DNA from: an uncultured Chloroflexia bacterium
GTDB taxonomy: Bacteria > Chloroflexota > Limnocylindria > QHBO01
Assembly (NCBI GenBank): GCA_963814375.1
Contig: CAWFCQ010000008.1
Span: 288,001 to 352,000, forward strand
Reading direction: 5' to 3'
DNA: 64,000 nucleotides
Shown here: piece by piece, positions 41,858-55,017 of the stretch
How the letters are laid out: each line of letters starts with the position of its first letter
Position numbering within the stretch: the stretch's first letter is position 1
Made by a program: the position numbers and the translations under genes
Notes under the pieces: model-generated
What the model was told of the DNA's origin: nothing
The model's database searches: none
The model's input: the letters and a program-made list of their open reading frames with translations, nothing else

Positions 41858-42430
41858 TCAGACGAGCCAGCCGCAGTCCGTTCGACCCACTGGCTCGACG
41901 GACCCGATGGCCGACTCGCCAAGCGGGCGGATGCCGGTGTCGGGCGCATGGCCGCGCACGAGGGGCCGCGTACCGAGCGTCAGATCGGCCGAGGTCAACG
42001 TGGCGCGCCGAATTCTCGCATCCGTGACCGGGGGACCAACGTCGGTGGAGTCGGGGACCGTGACCGCGGTCAGCGAGCCGCCCTCGGCGGCCCGGGCCGT
42101 GACGACCGTGCCGTCCGGATAGCTCAGCCAGAGCCCCCGCAGGCGGGCGATGAAGTGCTCGGGCATCCCCGGGACGAGCATCTCGACGATCCCCTGGCCG
42201 CTGCGACGGTAGCCGCGCGGGCGCTCATCGGCCTGGACGCGGTCGACGAACGCTCGGGCCAGGAGCTCTTCGACGGCGATGCGGATCGCCTCGGGAGCCT
42301 CGACGCGAACCTTTCCGCCACTGAAGATCGCGCGGCCGACGACGTCTGACTCGGCGTCGCCGGACCGGATGCTCAGCAGGTCGTAGGCGAGCGTGTCCTC
42401 GGTCCGCGGGTCCGCGTGGGGATCGAGCAT
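41858..42430 (-). CDS. Hypothetical protein
   Basis: ATG 6 nt after TATCCT; globular composition; fills the intergenic space. Confidence 0.6.
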   Translation of the reverse strand: MLDPHADPRTEDTLAYDLLSIRSGDAESDVVGRAIFSGGKVRVEAPEAIRIAVEELLARAFVDRVQADERPRGYRRSGQGIVEMLVPGMPEHFIARLRGLWLSYPDGTVVTARAAEGGSLTAVTVPDSTDVGPPVTDARIRRATLTSADLTLGTRPLVRGHAPDTGIRPLGESAIGSVEPVGRTDCGWLV

Positions 42431-42530
42431 GGGCCGAGGATAGCCGAAGCGATCGGGCCCGCGTCGCACCGCGACGCGCTCCGGCGCTGGGCTAGAATCT
42501 GGCGGTCATCCCAGGCACCCAGGAGGTCCG

Positions 42531-42887
42531 GTGAGCGAGGTCGACCAGGCAGCCTACCGCGAGATGGTGTCCGCCCAGGACGCGAAGCAGGTCGATGCCT
42601 GGGCCAGTGACCTGTTCATGGACTTCGCCAAGCGCCTCGGCGTCGGCCGGGCGATCGCGAGCTTCTGCACGGTCACCGGCCTCGATTCCCGTGGCTTCCA
42701 GCGGGCCTTCCTGGTGGGCGGGGGACCGGATCACGTTGTCGGGATCGATACCGCCGGCTCACTCGCGGCTCCCATTTTCGAGCTCCCGAAGGCGATCGCC
42801 GGGCTGCGCCGGATCGACCCGGACGCGCAGCAAAAGCTCGTCGACTTCCTCGTGGCGAACCACGAGGTCATGAGCTACACCGCCTGA
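42531..42887 (+). CDS. Hypothetical protein
   Basis: Strong SD AGGAGGT before GTG; TAGAAT upstream; globular composition. Confidence 0.75.
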   Translation: MSEVDQAAYREMVSAQDAKQVDAWASDLFMDFAKRLGVGRAIASFCTVTGLDSRGFQRAFLVGGGPDHVVGIDTAGSLAAPIFELPKAIAGLRRIDPDAQQKLVDFLVANHEVMSYTA

Positions 42888-42899
42888 CGGCGGAGCTGG

Positions 42900-43904
42900 C
42901 TACTCGACCTCCTCGCGCGCCGGGCTGCTCGATCGGATGATCGCGATCGCATTCTCGATCTTGAGCTTCGTGATGGTGAGGTGCTTCGCGAAGTTGGCGC
43001 GGTTGACCTCCGGGATCTGCTCCATCAGCTCGGGCTGACGAAGGATGTCGACGAGGTCGTCGACGCCCTCCGAAAGCTTCGAGCGCGCGCCCATCAGCGC
43101 ATCGTCCGCGGCCTGGACCTCGGCTGCATTCCCTGCTGCCGTCTTCGCGCGACGCCGCGGTGTCCTCGTCGTCGACTCCTCTCCGTCGTCGGACTTCGGG
43201 GTCGTTGACCCGGTGATGACGCGAAGCTTGGCGAGCGAGAGCTCACCCGCAGCGATGCGCTTGGCCAGCCGGCGGCGTTTTCGCTCGTCCCCGATCTTCA
43301 TCAGCTCGTACGCGTGGCTGATCGTGTCTTTGCGCAATGACACGAGCTCGCGGATGTCGGCCGGAGCATCGGACAGGCGAAGGCGATTCTCGACGTATCC
43401 CTTGTCCTTGCCGACCTTCTGGGCGAGCTGGCGGACGGAGTAGCCGAACGCATCGGTCATCTTGCGGAACATGGCCGCCTCCTCCAGCGGGGAGACGTCC
43501 TCGCGCTGGAGGTTCTCGATGATGCTGACCTCGAGCGCCGTGCTCTCGTCGAACTCGACGACGATCGCGGGGATCGATTCGCGGCCGGCCATGCCCGAAG
43601 CACGCCACCGGCGTTCTCCGGCGATGAGCTCGAACTTCGTCGCGCTGGGGCGGACCAGGATCGGCTGCAGCACGCCATGCTCGCGAATCGATTGCGCCAG
43701 CTCGGTCAGCGACTCCTCGTCATAGGAGAGGCGGGGCTGCGCCGGGTTGGGGAGGATCTTATCGATGGGCACTTCTCGTATCTGCGCGTGCGTGGCGCGC
43801 GACTCGATGAGCGACACGATCCCCGGCGCGAGGTCGGTGGCCTGGGCCTCGTCGAAGAGGCGATGGATATTCTCGCGGAATGCCGCGGGACGCTTGCTAG
43901 CCAA
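42900..43904 (-). CDS. parB: ParB/Spo0J partition protein
   Basis: PNPAQPR, GVLQPILVR, IAGERRWRA, IIENLQREDVSPLEEA, HTH. Confidence 0.95.
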   Translation of the reverse strand: MASKRPAAFRENIHRLFDEAQATDLAPGIVSLIESRATHAQIREVPIDKILPNPAQPRLSYDEESLTELAQSIREHGVLQPILVRPSATKFELIAGERRWRASGMAGRESIPAIVVEFDESTALEVSIIENLQREDVSPLEEAAMFRKMTDAFGYSVRQLAQKVGKDKGYVENRLRLSDAPADIRELVSLRKDTISHAYELMKIGDERKRRRLAKRIAAGELSLAKLRVITGSTTPKSDDGEESTTRTPRRRAKTAAGNAAEVQAADDALMGARSKLSEGVDDLVDILRQPELMEQIPEVNRANFAKHLTITKLKIENAIAIIRSSSPAREEVE

Positions 43905-44664
43905 GCTCGATCACCTCCTGCGCCAGGTCGCGGAACGCACGGGCAGCGGACGAGTTGGTTGCGTACTCGGTGACTGGCTTCCCGGTCAGCGGCGCCTCTC
44001 CGAGCTTCACGGTCTGTTTGATCATCGTGTTGAAGACGCGATGATCGCCGAGCTGCTTGAGGTTCTCGAGCATCTCGCGAGCGAGCACGGTACGTCCGTC
44101 GAAGAACGTCGGCAGCAGGCCGAGGACCTCGAGATCGTGATTCAGCTTGATCTTGATGGTGTTGATGACCTTGATAAGCGCCGTCAGACCCTTGATGGCG
44201 TAGTACTGCGTCTGCACCGGAATGATGACGCGGCTCGACGCGACCAGCGAGTTGATCGTCAGCAGGCCGAGCGTTGGCGGGCAGTCGAGGATCACGACAT
44301 CGAACTGGCGATCGGCCCATCCGGAGAGGGCGTCGCGAAGAACCATCTCGCGGCCGATGGCGGTGAACAGCTCGACCTCGGTGGATGCGAGCTCGAGTGT
44401 CGCCGGCGCAACCCACAGGCCCTGTGTCTCCGTTTCGCGCACCACCTCGTCGAGCGCCACGCGATCGTCAGAAAGCACGTCGGCCATCGATAGCCGTACG
44501 TCGGAGAGAGACACGCCGAGTCCGACAGTCAGGTTGGCCTGCGGATCCATGTCCACGCAGAGGACCCGATATCCGCGTTCGGCCAATGCGCCGCCGAGGT
44601 TGATCGAGCAGGTCGTCTTGCCGACACCGCCCTTCTGGTTCGCCATTGAGATTACCTTGGTCAA
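43897..44664 (-). CDS. parA: ParA/Soj ATPase
   Basis: ANQKGGVGKTT, VDMDPQANLT, LDCPPTLGLLTINSL, IIPVQ. Confidence 0.95.
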   Translation of the reverse strand: MTKVISMANQKGGVGKTTCSINLGGALAERGYRVLCVDMDPQANLTVGLGVSLSDVRLSMADVLSDDRVALDEVVRETETQGLWVAPATLELASTEVELFTAIGREMVLRDALSGWADRQFDVVILDCPPTLGLLTINSLVASSRVIIPVQTQYYAIKGLTALIKVINTIKIKLNHDLEVLGLLPTFFDGRTVLAREMLENLKQLGDHRVFNTMIKQTVKLGEAPLTGKPVTEYATNSSAARAFRDLAQEVIELG

Positions 44665-44756
44665 CGCATCACCCTTCGTGCGGCTCGACGGGTCGGAATC
44701 GTCGCGGATGCGACGCCTCCGATGATAGGCTCGGCGCGCGGGATCGGTCACCCGGG

Positions 44757-44826
44757 TTATCCACAACGTGGAGAAATGTCGATGTCGTTGTGCAAAGACG
44801 GCCGTCTATACTCGGACTTGTCCACC
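44757..44826. promoter_or_regulatory. DnaA box(es) between the parA and tRNA-Ile promoters
   Basis: TTATCCACA 44757-44765 (perfect); inverted TTCTCCACG 44767-44775; TTGTCCACC 44818-44826. Confidence 0.55.
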
Positions 44827-44838
44827 GTCCCGCCGCGC

Positions 44839-44914
44839 GGGCCCGTAGCTCAATGGTTAGAGCAACCGGCTCATAACCGGACGGTCGCAGGTTCGATTCC
44901 TGCCGGGCCCACCA
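44839..44914 (+). tRNA. tRNA with CAT anticodon, most likely tRNA-Ile2 (lysidine)
   Basis: GGGCCCG/CGGGCCC acceptor stem, GGCTCATAACC anticodon arm, CCA; lacks fMet features. Confidence 0.92.
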
Positions 44915-44942
44915 CTGCAATGACGACGAAGGAGTGCGCCGC

Positions 44943-46493
44943 GTGTCGACTGCGGACAAGCTTCAGCGCCTGAGTGCTCTGCGCGACGATGCGCGCCAGG
45001 GCGGGGGATCGAAGCGGTTGGACCAGCAGCACGCACGCGGCAAGCTGTCTGCCCGCGAACGCCTTGAGCTGCTCCTCGACGAAGACAGCTTCACGGAAAT
45101 CGATGCGTTCGTTACGCATCGCGCGAGCGACTTCGGTCTTGATACCGAACGTTACCTGGGCGATGGCGTCGTCACCGGGTTCGGTCGTATCGATGGCCGA
45201 CTCGTCTTTGTGTACAGCCAGGACTTCACCGTCTTCGGCGGCTCGCTGTCGGAGGCCCACGCGGAGAAGATCTGCAAGGTGATGGATCTGGCCGTGGAGA
45301 ACGGCGCGCCCATCATCGGGCTATCGGACTCCGGCGGCGCGCGGATCCAGGAGGGAGTGGTGAGCCTCGGCGGCTACGCCGACATCTTCCTGCGCAACAC
45401 CATGGCGTCGGGCGTGGTCCCCCAGCTCTCGCTGGTGATGGGCCCCTGCGCCGGCGGCGCGGTGTATTCACCGGCGATCACCGACCTCGTGATCATGGTC
45501 GAGGGCACGAGCTACATGTTCGTCACCGGCCCCAACGTGGTGAAGACCGTCACCCACGAGGAGATCGACTTCGAGGGCCTGGGCGGCGCGCGCGTCCACA
45601 ACGAGACGAGCGGCGTCGCTCACTTTCTCGCATCCGGTGAGCCGCAGGCGCTCGAGCTCGCGCGGACCCTAATCGGATACCTGCCACAGAACAATGTCGA
45701 CCTGACGCCGCGAAGGCACGAGTGGGACTTGCCCGAAACCGACGTTGTAACGCTCGACGCGCTCATCCCGGATTCGCCGAAACAGTCCTACGACATGCAC
45801 ACGGTCATCGGCGGCATCGTCGATGGGGGATCGTTCACCGAGGTTCACGCTCACTACGCCCGCAACATCATCTGCGGCTTCGCGCGGATCGAGGGTCGGA
45901 CGGTTGGGATCGTCGCGCAGCAGCCCGAGGTGCTGGCCGGCGTGCTCGACATCGACGCATCCGACAAGGCTGGCCGATTCGTTCGCACCTGCGACTGCTT
46001 CAACATCCCGATCGTCACGCTCGTCGATGTTCCCGGATTCCTGCCAGGCGTCGACCAGGAGCATCGCGGCATCATTCGCCATGGGGCGAAGCTCCTCTAC
46101 GCCTACTGCGAGGCGACCGTGCCGAAGGTCACCGTCATCACTCGCAAGGCCTACGGCGGCGCGTACGACGTCATGAGCAGCAAGCACGTCCGCGGTGACA
46201 TGAACTTCGCGTGGCCGACCGCCGAGATCGCCGTGATGGGTGTCGAGGGCGCGGTGAATATCATCTTCCGCGAGCGCATTGCCGAAGCCGATGATGCCGA
46301 CGCGGAGCGCGCCGCGCTCGTGGCCGAGTACGAGGAGCGATTCGCGAATCCGTACATCGCCGCTGCGCGGGGGTACGTCGACGAAGTGATCCTGCCATCT
46401 GAGACCCGCGCGCGACTCGTCGGGGCGCTGTCGATGCTCGAGAACAAGCGGCAGTCGGTTCCGCCCAAGAAGCACGGCAACATTCCGCTTTGA
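44943..46493 (+). CDS. pccB: Acyl-CoA (propionyl-CoA) carboxylase carboxyltransferase subunit
   Basis: [55 protein letters not shown]. Confidence 0.95.
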   Translation: MSTADKLQRLSALRDDARQGGGSKRLDQQHARGKLSARERLELLLDEDSFTEIDAFVTHRASDFGLDTERYLGDGVVTGFGRIDGRLVFVYSQDFTVFGGSLSEAHAEKICKVMDLAVENGAPIIGLSDSGGARIQEGVVSLGGYADIFLRNTMASGVVPQLSLVMGPCAGGAVYSPAITDLVIMVEGTSYMFVTGPNVVKTVTHEEIDFEGLGGARVHNETSGVAHFLASGEPQALELARTLIGYLPQNNVDLTPRRHEWDLPETDVVTLDALIPDSPKQSYDMHTVIGGIVDGGSFTEVHAHYARNIICGFARIEGRTVGIVAQQPEVLAGVLDIDASDKAGRFVRTCDCFNIPIVTLVDVPGFLPGVDQEHRGIIRHGAKLLYAYCEATVPKVTVITRKAYGGAYDVMSSKHVRGDMNFAWPTAEIAVMGVEGAVNIIFRERIAEADDADAERAALVAEYEERFANPYIAAARGYVDEVILPSETRARLVGALSMLENKRQSVPPKKHGNIPL

Positions 46494-48016
46494 CGGCCGC
46501 CGCGTCTTTGCGCACGGACAGCCAGCCGCCGCCCTTCACGCGCCTGCTCATCGCGAATCGCGGCGAGATCGCGATCCGCGTCATCCGCGCCTGCCGAGAC
46601 CTGGGCATCTCACCGATCGCGGTCCACTCCGATGCCGACGTTCGCGCGCTCCACGTTCTCGCCGCGGATAGGTCCGAGCGCCTCGGGCCGGCTCCGGCCA
46701 GCGAGTCCTACCTGTCGATCGCCGCCATCGTCGACGCGGCGCTGCGCAGCGGTGCGGAGGCGATCCACCCCGGTTACGGCTTCGTGTCGGAGAGCGCCGA
46801 GTTCGCACGTGCCGTCGAGGACGCCGGCCTGGTATTCATCGGGCCGCCTCCGACGGTCCTCGATGGCCTCGGCAACAAGATTGCCGCGCGCGCCTCCGCG
46901 GCCGACGCGGGCGTGCCGATCGTTCCCGGCGCGACCTTCACCGAGGACGACGACCCGGCGGCCGTCGAGGATCTCGGCTATCCGGTGATGCTCAAGGCTG
47001 CGGCCGGGGGCGGCGGCCGCGGCATGCGACGAGTCGACGATGCGGGACAGCTGCCCGACGCGATGGCCTCGGCCCGACGCGAGGCGGCGGCGGCCTTCGG
47101 AGATGGCACGATCTACGTGGAACGGCTCATCGCGCCGGCTCGTCACGTCGAGGTTCAGCTGCTCGGCGACCGGCATGGCGGGCTGGCGGTGCTCGGCGAG
47201 CGCGACTGCTCCGTCCAACGGCGACACCAGAAGCTGGTCGAAGAGACGCCGGCACCTTCGCTCGGCGACGGGACCCGCGCGGAGCTGTTCGAGAGCGCGC
47301 GGCGCGTCGCCGGGACCGTCGACTTCCACAACGCCGCGACGGTCGAGTTCCTGGTCGACGCGGACGGAGGTCACTACTTCCTCGAGATGAATACGCGCCT
47401 CCAGGTCGAGCATGGCGTCACCGAGCTCGTCACCGGGCTCGACCTCGTGGCATGGCAGATTCGCGTGGCTGCCGGTGAGCGCCTGCCAGAGGGCGTCCTC
47501 CATCCGGCGTTCCATGGTCATGCCATCGAGGTTCGCCTCTACGCCGAGGACCCCTACCGAGACTTCCGGCCGACCGGCGGGCGGATCGGCGCCTGGCGCA
47601 TGCCGTCCGGCCCGGGGGTTCGGGTCGACGCCGGAATCGAGGCCGACACCGACCTTCCATCCGAGTACGACCCTCTGCTCGCGAAGCTCATGGTCCACGC
47701 CGCCGATCGGGCGACCGCGGTGGCACGGCTCCGCCGCGCGCTGGACGAGACACTGATCGGTGGGCTCCAGACCGACGCGGCATTCCATCGATGGCTGGTC
47801 GACGACGCCGGGTTCGTCGATGGCGCCTACGACACCGGGCTCATCTCCGAGCGGTGGGGGAGCGGCCCGGAGCCGTCGGCCGCGGAGCGATCACTCGCGG
47901 CGTTGGCGGCGATCGAGGCCCGCGGGATCGCTCCATCGCCCCGCGCCGGCGCGAGCGCCGCGCCCGACCGCAGCGGGTGGGGAGCGGCCGCCCGGCGCGA
48001 GGCGCTGCGACCGTGA
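46490..48016 (+). CDS. accC: Biotin carboxylase subunit
   Basis: [48 protein letters not shown]. Confidence 0.93.
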   Translation: MTAAASLRTDSQPPPFTRLLIANRGEIAIRVIRACRDLGISPIAVHSDADVRALHVLAADRSERLGPAPASESYLSIAAIVDAALRSGAEAIHPGYGFVSESAEFARAVEDAGLVFIGPPPTVLDGLGNKIAARASAADAGVPIVPGATFTEDDDPAAVEDLGYPVMLKAAAGGGGRGMRRVDDAGQLPDAMASARREAAAAFGDGTIYVERLIAPARHVEVQLLGDRHGGLAVLGERDCSVQRRHQKLVEETPAPSLGDGTRAELFESARRVAGTVDFHNAATVEFLVDADGGHYFLEMNTRLQVEHGVTELVTGLDLVAWQIRVAAGERLPEGVLHPAFHGHAIEVRLYAEDPYRDFRPTGGRIGAWRMPSGPGVRVDAGIEADTDLPSEYDPLLAKLMVHAADRATAVARLRRALDETLIGGLQTDAAFHRWLVDDAGFVDGAYDTGLISERWGSGPEPSAAERSLAALAAIEARGIAPSPRAGASAAPDRSGWGAAARREALRP

Positions 48017-48483
48017 GCGAGCTCGAGGCGCGCATCGAGGAGAAGGCGGTGCGACCGGTCGACGGAGTCAGTCTCGAGTGGGTCGATCGCGAAGCTGGGC
48101 TTGCCCGCGTCATCGGCGACGGCGGAGCCGAGCTCGTCCTGGTGGAGGGAGATGGCACGGACTGGGTGGTGACCCTGCGCGGGCGTCGCATCGGGGTGAC
48201 CGTCAGGACCTGGCGCGAGCGTGTCCTGGCCGAGGCCGAGGGCGCGGGTCGGGTGCACTCCGGTCCGACGATCGTCAAGGCCACCCTGCCTGGACTGGTG
48301 GTCGCCGTGCCCGTGGCGGTGGGGGACGAGGTCGACGAGGGGGCCGTCCTTCTCACCATCGAGGCCATGAAGATGCAGAACGAGGTCCGCGCCCCGCGGG
48401 GTGGACGGGTGATCGAGGTCTCGGTGGCAGCCGGCCAGACGGTCATGACCGGCGCGCCGCTGCTGCAGATCGGTCAGTCCTGA
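48013..48483 (+). CDS. Biotin carboxyl carrier protein
   Basis: [10 protein letters not shown] biotinylation motif; GTGA overlap. Confidence 0.92.
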   Translation: MSELEARIEEKAVRPVDGVSLEWVDREAGLARVIGDGGAELVLVEGDGTDWVVTLRGRRIGVTVRTWRERVLAEAEGAGRVHSGPTIVKATLPGLVVAVPVAVGDEVDEGAVLLTIEAMKMQNEVRAPRGGRVIEVSVAAGQTVMTGAPLLQIGQS

Positions 48484-48509
48484 GTGTCGCTCGGTACAAT
48501 CGGTGGCCG

Positions 48510-50104
<1,595 letters not shown>

Positions 50105-50108
<4 letters not shown>

Positions 50109-50540
50109 GCATCGGGCCGGTGCACCACGTCGCGATCGTCGTGCGCTCGATCGACGAGGCGCTGCCGCGCTATCGCGCCCTGTTCGGGCTCGAGCCGGAA
50201 GCGGAGCCGATGGTCTTCGCCCCGCAGCGCGTCCGCCTCTGCTTCCTTCCGACCGGGCCGGAGCCGGCCGCGAGGCTCGAGCTGGTCGAGCCGATCGACG
50301 ATGAAGGTGGCGTGGCGCGCTACCTCGCCTCACATGGCGAGGGCGTCCATCACGTCTGCTTCCTGACCGACGACCTGCCGGCATCGCTCGAGGCCCTGGC
50401 CGCGGCCGAGGCCGAGCTCATCGACCGCGAGCCGCGGGCGGGCGCCCACGGCATCGGTCGCCTTCGTCCATCCACGGACCCTCAACGGCGTCCTGTGGGA
50501 GCTGCTCGACACCGGCGTCGCCGATTTGACCTCCCGATAG
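50105..50540 (+). CDS. mce: Methylmalonyl-CoA epimerase (VOC family); frameshift near 50450
   Basis: [22 protein letters not shown], then [16 protein letters not shown] in the shifted frame, stop at 50540. Confidence 0.88.
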
Positions 50541-50582
50541 TCAAGCGGTTCGAGCGCGGCCCGACCGCCTGGGACCAGTCGC

Positions 50583-51110
50583 CTAGGACTCCTCGATCGG
50601 CTCGCCGTCGGCGCCGAAGACCCACCAGACTTCGCCCTGGCCCTGGCCGTTGACGTCCCCGGCCGCCTCGTCACCCGCGAAGTAGTAGGCCGGGAAGCCG
50701 TTGACGCTCAGCTGCGTCGAGCCATCCGTGCCCTCGACCGTCCCGAGCTCGGCGGTCACGCCGTCGCCCGCCGTCGGGGTCCCCTCGGCCTCGACCGGCG
50801 GCCAGTTGGTCAGGCACTCGCCGGTGCAGTTGCTCGTGCCCTCGGTGTCGTTGGCGAAGTAGTAGATCGTCAGGCCGTCCGCATCGGTCAGGATCTCGCC
50901 GAGATCCGAGTCGGCCACGAGAACGGCCGCGTCGCCCGATGCAGCCTCGGACGCGCTTGCGGACGCTTCGGCAGACTCCGACGCTGGCGCGGATGGCGAG
51001 GCCTCGGCGGCCTCCGAACTTGCCGCCGGTGACTCGGTGCAGGCGGCCAGCACGAGGACAAGGCTGGCGAGCACGACGGGACGGGCGGACGTGAGGGTAC
51101 GCAGTGACAT
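50583..51110 (-). CDS. Secreted lipoprotein (COG4315/Lipoprotein_15 repeats)
   Basis: Lipobox VLAAC; GLTIYYFAND..CTGECLTNWPP; YYFAGD..GQG..WW. Confidence 0.88.
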   Translation of the reverse strand: MSLRTLTSARPVVLASLVLVLAACTESPAASSEAAEASPSAPASESAEASASASEAASGDAAVLVADSDLGEILTDADGLTIYYFANDTEGTSNCTGECLTNWPPVEAEGTPTAGDGVTAELGTVEGTDGSTQLSVNGFPAYYFAGDEAAGDVNGQGQGEVWWVFGADGEPIEES

Positions 51111-51170
51111 GCTGGCTCCAAGGCATACGGTGATCTGTAGCGACGTACGCCCCTGGTTACAGGCGCGAGA

Positions 51171-52049
51171 TCAGCTGACGCCGGCTTCGCGCAGCAGGCG
51201 AGGGATCTCCGACGGCGAGTCGGCCACCCGAATGCCGGCCGCCTCGAGCGCGCTCCGCTTCGACTCGGCGGTGCCGGCACCGCCCGAGATGATCGCCCCG
51301 GCGTGGCCCATCCGCCGTCCGGGTGGTGCGGTTCGGCCCGCGATGAAGGCCGCCATCGGCTTGCGCACCTCGCGCGCGCAGAAGGCCGCCGCCTTCTCTT
51401 CCTCCTCGCCCCCGATCTCGCCGATCATCACGATCGCCTCGGTCTCGGCGTCCTGGTTGAAGAGGTCGAGAGCGTCGACGAAGCTGGTCCCGACGATCGG
51501 GTCGCCGCCGATGCCGAGGCAGGTCGTCTGCCCCATTCCGGCATCGGTCATCGCCTGCACCACCTCGTAGGTCAGGGTTCCCGATCGGGACACGAGCCCG
51601 ACCGGGCCGCGGGCGTGGATGTTGCCTGGGATGATCCCGACCTTGGCCTCGCCGACCGACGTCAGGCCCGGGCAGTTCGGGCCGATGAGGCGCACCCCCT
51701 TCGCCCGGAGCACGTGGTAGACCCGGAGCATGTCGAGCGCGGGCACGCCCTCGGTGATGCACACGACCAGGGGGACGTTCGCGTCGGCGGCCTCGAGCAT
51801 CGCGTCGGGCGCGAATGCGGCCGGGACGAAGATGCACGTCGCGTTGGCGCCGGTCTGCTCGACCGCCTCGGCGACGGTGTCGTACACGGGCACGCGCCCG
51901 TCGAGCGCCGCCTGGCCGCCCTTGCCCGGCGTCACGCCGGCGACGATATTCGTCCCGTACTCGAGCATCGCCGCCGAGTGGAACTCGCCCTCCCGCCCGG
52001 TGATGCCCTGGACCAGGAGGCGGGTGTCGCCGTTGACGAGGACGCTCAC
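51171..52049 (-). CDS. sucD: Succinyl-CoA synthetase alpha subunit
   Basis: [33 protein letters not shown]. Confidence 0.98.
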   Translation of the reverse strand: MSVLVNGDTRLLVQGITGREGEFHSAAMLEYGTNIVAGVTPGKGGQAALDGRVPVYDTVAEAVEQTGANATCIFVPAAFAPDAMLEAADANVPLVVCITEGVPALDMLRVYHVLRAKGVRLIGPNCPGLTSVGEAKVGIIPGNIHARGPVGLVSRSGTLTYEVVQAMTDAGMGQTTCLGIGGDPIVGTSFVDALDLFNQDAETEAIVMIGEIGGEEEEKAAAFCAREVRKPMAAFIAGRTAPPGRRMGHAGAIISGGAGTAESKRSALEAAGIRVADSPSEIPRLLREAGVS

Positions 52050-53185
52050 GAAGTCCCGCCCGCGGCCGCGACTGCCTTCGCGGCGGCGTCGTCGAGCGAG
52101 TCGGCCGTGATCAGCTGCGCCTCGGCCAGGATCGGCTTCGCCTCCTCCGCGTTGGTCCCGACGATCCGCACGACCATCGGCACCTCGCGCTCGAGTGACT
52201 GGCGCGCCTCCACGATCCCGCGGGCCACCTCGTCGCCACGGGTGATCCCGCCGAAGATGTTGATGAGGATGGCCTTGACGTTGGGGTCGTCGAGGATGAT
52301 CCGGAACGCGGCCGCCACGCGATCGGCCTTCGCGCCGCCGCCGATGTCGAGGAAGTTCGCCGGCTCGCCTCCGGCCAGCTTGACGAGGTCCATCGTCGTC
52401 ATCGCCAGCCCGGCGCCGTTGACCATGCAGCCGATCGTGCCGTCCAGCTTGATGAAGCTGATCCCTGCCTCGCGGGCCGCGATCTCGGACGGCTCCTCCT
52501 CGTTGAGGTCGCGCATCGCCTCGAGGTCGGGATGGCGGGGGAGCGCGGAGTCGTCGAGCACGATCTTGGCGTCGAGCGCCAGCAGCCGCCCGTCGTCGGT
52601 CACGACGAGGGGATTGATCTCGGCGAGGTCCGCATCGGCGTCGACGAAGGCGTCGTAGAGGCCGCGCATCACGGTCGCGAAGTCGCGTCGCAGCTCCGGC
52701 GAGATGCCCAGGAAGAAGCCGATGCGACGCACCTCGTGCTCCTGGAGGCCGATGAGCGGATGGAGTGGCAGACGCAGGATCGCCCCGGGATTCGTCCGGG
52801 CGGTCTCCTCGATCTCGACCCCACCCTCGGCCGATGCGATCACGGTGATCGCCTTCGAGGCACGGTCCAGGATGAGTCCGAGGTAATACTCCCTGGCGAT
52901 CTCGGCCGCCGGCGCGACGAGCACGGTCTTCACCGTCACGCCCTTGATGTCGAGGCCGATGATCTCGCGCGCGCGCTGCTCCGCCTCATCAGGCGTCGCC
53001 GCGAGCTTCACGCCGCCGGCCTTGCCTCGGCCGCCCACGAGGACCTGGGCCTTGACCACCACCGGTCCGCCGATCCGAGCGGCGGCTGCGCGCGCATCCT
53101 CGGGCGTGGTCGCCGTCTCGCCGTCCAGCAGCGGCACGCCGTGGCGGGCGAGGATCTCCTTGGACCGATACTCCTGGAGCTTCAT
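52046..53185 (-). CDS. sucC: Succinyl-CoA synthetase beta subunit
   Basis: [44 protein letters not shown]. Confidence 0.98.
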   Translation of the reverse strand: MKLQEYRSKEILARHGVPLLDGETATTPEDARAAAARIGGPVVVKAQVLVGGRGKAGGVKLAATPDEAEQRAREIIGLDIKGVTVKTVLVAPAAEIAREYYLGLILDRASKAITVIASAEGGVEIEETARTNPGAILRLPLHPLIGLQEHEVRRIGFFLGISPELRRDFATVMRGLYDAFVDADADLAEINPLVVTDDGRLLALDAKIVLDDSALPRHPDLEAMRDLNEEEPSEIAAREAGISFIKLDGTIGCMVNGAGLAMTTMDLVKLAGGEPANFLDIGGGAKADRVAAAFRIILDDPNVKAILINIFGGITRGDEVARGIVEARQSLEREVPMVVRIVGTNAEEAKPILAEAQLITADSLDDAAAKAVAAAGGTS

Positions 53186-53303
53186 CCGGCCTCCCTGGGG
53201 CGTCGCGGGCACGCGTGCGAGAGTTTGTGGCATGCCTGCGCGGGGACGCAGAGGATTGTACCGATCGGAGGATGCCGTAGGCTGCGCCGATGGGCGGCGG
53301 AAC

Positions 53304-54932
53304 GTGAACATCCGGGCAACGCTGGCCCAGGTCGTCGCGAATCCCTCGCTGCGCCGGCTGCAGGTTGCCTGGCTCGTCGGCATCGCGGCCGAGAAGGCGT
53401 ACTTCGTCGCGCTGCTGGTCTATGCCTACGAGGTCGGGGACGTGGCGGCCGTCGGCCTCTTCACGCTTCTGGCGTCGCTGCCCTCGGGTCTCTTCGGGCC
53501 GATCCTCAGCTCGATCTTCGAATCGTTCCGACCGGGCCGCGTCCTGCTCGGGCTCCATGCCGGGCGGGCCCTGGTGGTCGCCCTGGCAGCCGCGGCCATC
53601 GCGCTCGACCTCGGCTTCGGGATCATCGTCGCAGCGGCGATCACGGAAGGCATCCTGACCCGACAGCACACCGCGTTCACGCGCGCGCTGCTGCCGGCGC
53701 TGGCCCGGACGCCGGACGAGCTGATCGCCGGTAACGCGGTCACGAGCCTGGGCGAGGCCGCCGGATCGCTCGTCGGTCCGGCAGTCGCCGGCGCCCTTCT
53801 GGTGGTCGGCGGGCCGGTGCTCGTGCTGGCGGTGACGTCGGCCGCCTTCGTCGTCGCTGCCATCCTCGTGCTCACGCTCCACGTCGCGACCGTCGTGCGG
53901 GCGGCGGCGGAGGGCGTGCGGGCCACGCTGCGCCAGACGCTCGGCGGCTTCGGCGCGCTGTGGCGCCACGGGGCCGCCGGGCTCCTCGTCGCCCTGTTCA
54001 TCAGCCAGGTCGTCGTGCGCGGTGCGCTCACCGTCCTCCTGGTGTCGGCCGCCATCGACCTGCTCGGCATCGGCGATTCGGGCGTCGGCTATCTCAATGC
54101 CGCCGTCGGCGCGGGAGGGCTCGTGGGAGCGCTGATCGCGATGGGACTGCTCGTCGGGCGGAGTCTCTCGCTTTCATTCGCCGTTTCGCTCGCGGCGTGG
54201 GGTGCACCGATCGCGGTCATCGGCTTCATCCCGAACCCGGCGCTCGCCTTCGTCATGGCGGGGATCGTCGGCGCGGCCAACGCCTCGATCGACGTCGCCG
54301 GCTACACGCTCCTGGCGCGCTCCGTGCCGAACGAGGTGCGCGGCCGCGTCTTCGGCGTCCTCCAGAGCCTGGTCGGCTTCGGCATCGCGCTGGGGGCGAT
54401 CCTCGCGCCGCTGCTCGTCGGCGTCGCCGGGCTGCAGGGAGCGCTCGTCATCACCGGCCTCGTCCTGCCGGTCCTGGCCCTCGTCAGCTTCCCGGGCGTG
54501 CGCCGCGCGGAGGGCGCCGCCATCCTTCCCGAGCGCCAGCTGGCGGCAATGCGCCGGATGCCGATGTTCGCCCCGCTCTCGCTGACCGCGCTCGAGCAGA
54601 TGGCCGGAAGCCTCGATGCGGTCTCGTTCGAGAGCGGCGAGCGCGTCATCACCCAGGGGGAGCGCGGCGACTGCTTCTACCTCATCGAGTCGGGCACGGT
54701 CGCGATCATCCACGACGGCCATCACGAGGCGACGCTGGGCGCTGGAGACGGGTTCGGCGAGATCGCCCTGCTGAGCGACATCCCGCGCACGGCGACCGTC
54801 GAGGTCGTCGAGCCGCTGACGGGCTATCGGCTCCCGCGCGATGCCTTCCTGGAGGCGCTGACCGGAAGCCCGAACGCCGCGCTGGCGGCCGACGAGCTTG
54901 CGTCGCGCCGCCTCGGCCAGCTGACCCACTGA
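53304..54932 (+). CDS. MFS transporter fused to a C-terminal cyclic-nucleotide-binding domain
   Basis: About 12 hydrophobic segments, RGRVFG; [28 protein letters not shown]. Confidence 0.88.
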   Translation: MNIRATLAQVVANPSLRRLQVAWLVGIAAEKAYFVALLVYAYEVGDVAAVGLFTLLASLPSGLFGPILSSIFESFRPGRVLLGLHAGRALVVALAAAAIALDLGFGIIVAAAITEGILTRQHTAFTRALLPALARTPDELIAGNAVTSLGEAAGSLVGPAVAGALLVVGGPVLVLAVTSAAFVVAAILVLTLHVATVVRAAAEGVRATLRQTLGGFGALWRHGAAGLLVALFISQVVVRGALTVLLVSAAIDLLGIGDSGVGYLNAAVGAGGLVGALIAMGLLVGRSLSLSFAVSLAAWGAPIAVIGFIPNPALAFVMAGIVGAANASIDVAGYTLLARSVPNEVRGRVFGVLQSLVGFGIALGAILAPLLVGVAGLQGALVITGLVLPVLALVSFPGVRRAEGAAILPERQLAAMRRMPMFAPLSLTALEQMAGSLDAVSFESGERVITQGERGDCFYLIESGTVAIIHDGHHEATLGAGDGFGEIALLSDIPRTATVEVVEPLTGYRLPRDAFLEALTGSPNAALAADELASRRLGQLTH

Positions 54933-55017
54933 GGTCGCGGGCGCACCCGACGGCATCGGCCTAGACTGCTCGACCGTACGCCGGCGCTTTGACCGGCCGC
55001 ACGACGAGGTGCATCCG

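Noticed and set aside
44757-44775. parS site
   Set aside because: Does not fit TGTTTCACGTGAAACA; fits inverted DnaA boxes better.
40486-44914. Integrative element between the two tRNAs
   Set aside because: No integrase or transposase, and no duplicated tRNA 3' end (att site) was seen.
47760-48509. Long N-terminal extension of methylmalonyl-CoA mutase
   Set aside because: Alternate frame overlapping accC and BCCP; the real start is 48510 after TACAAT.
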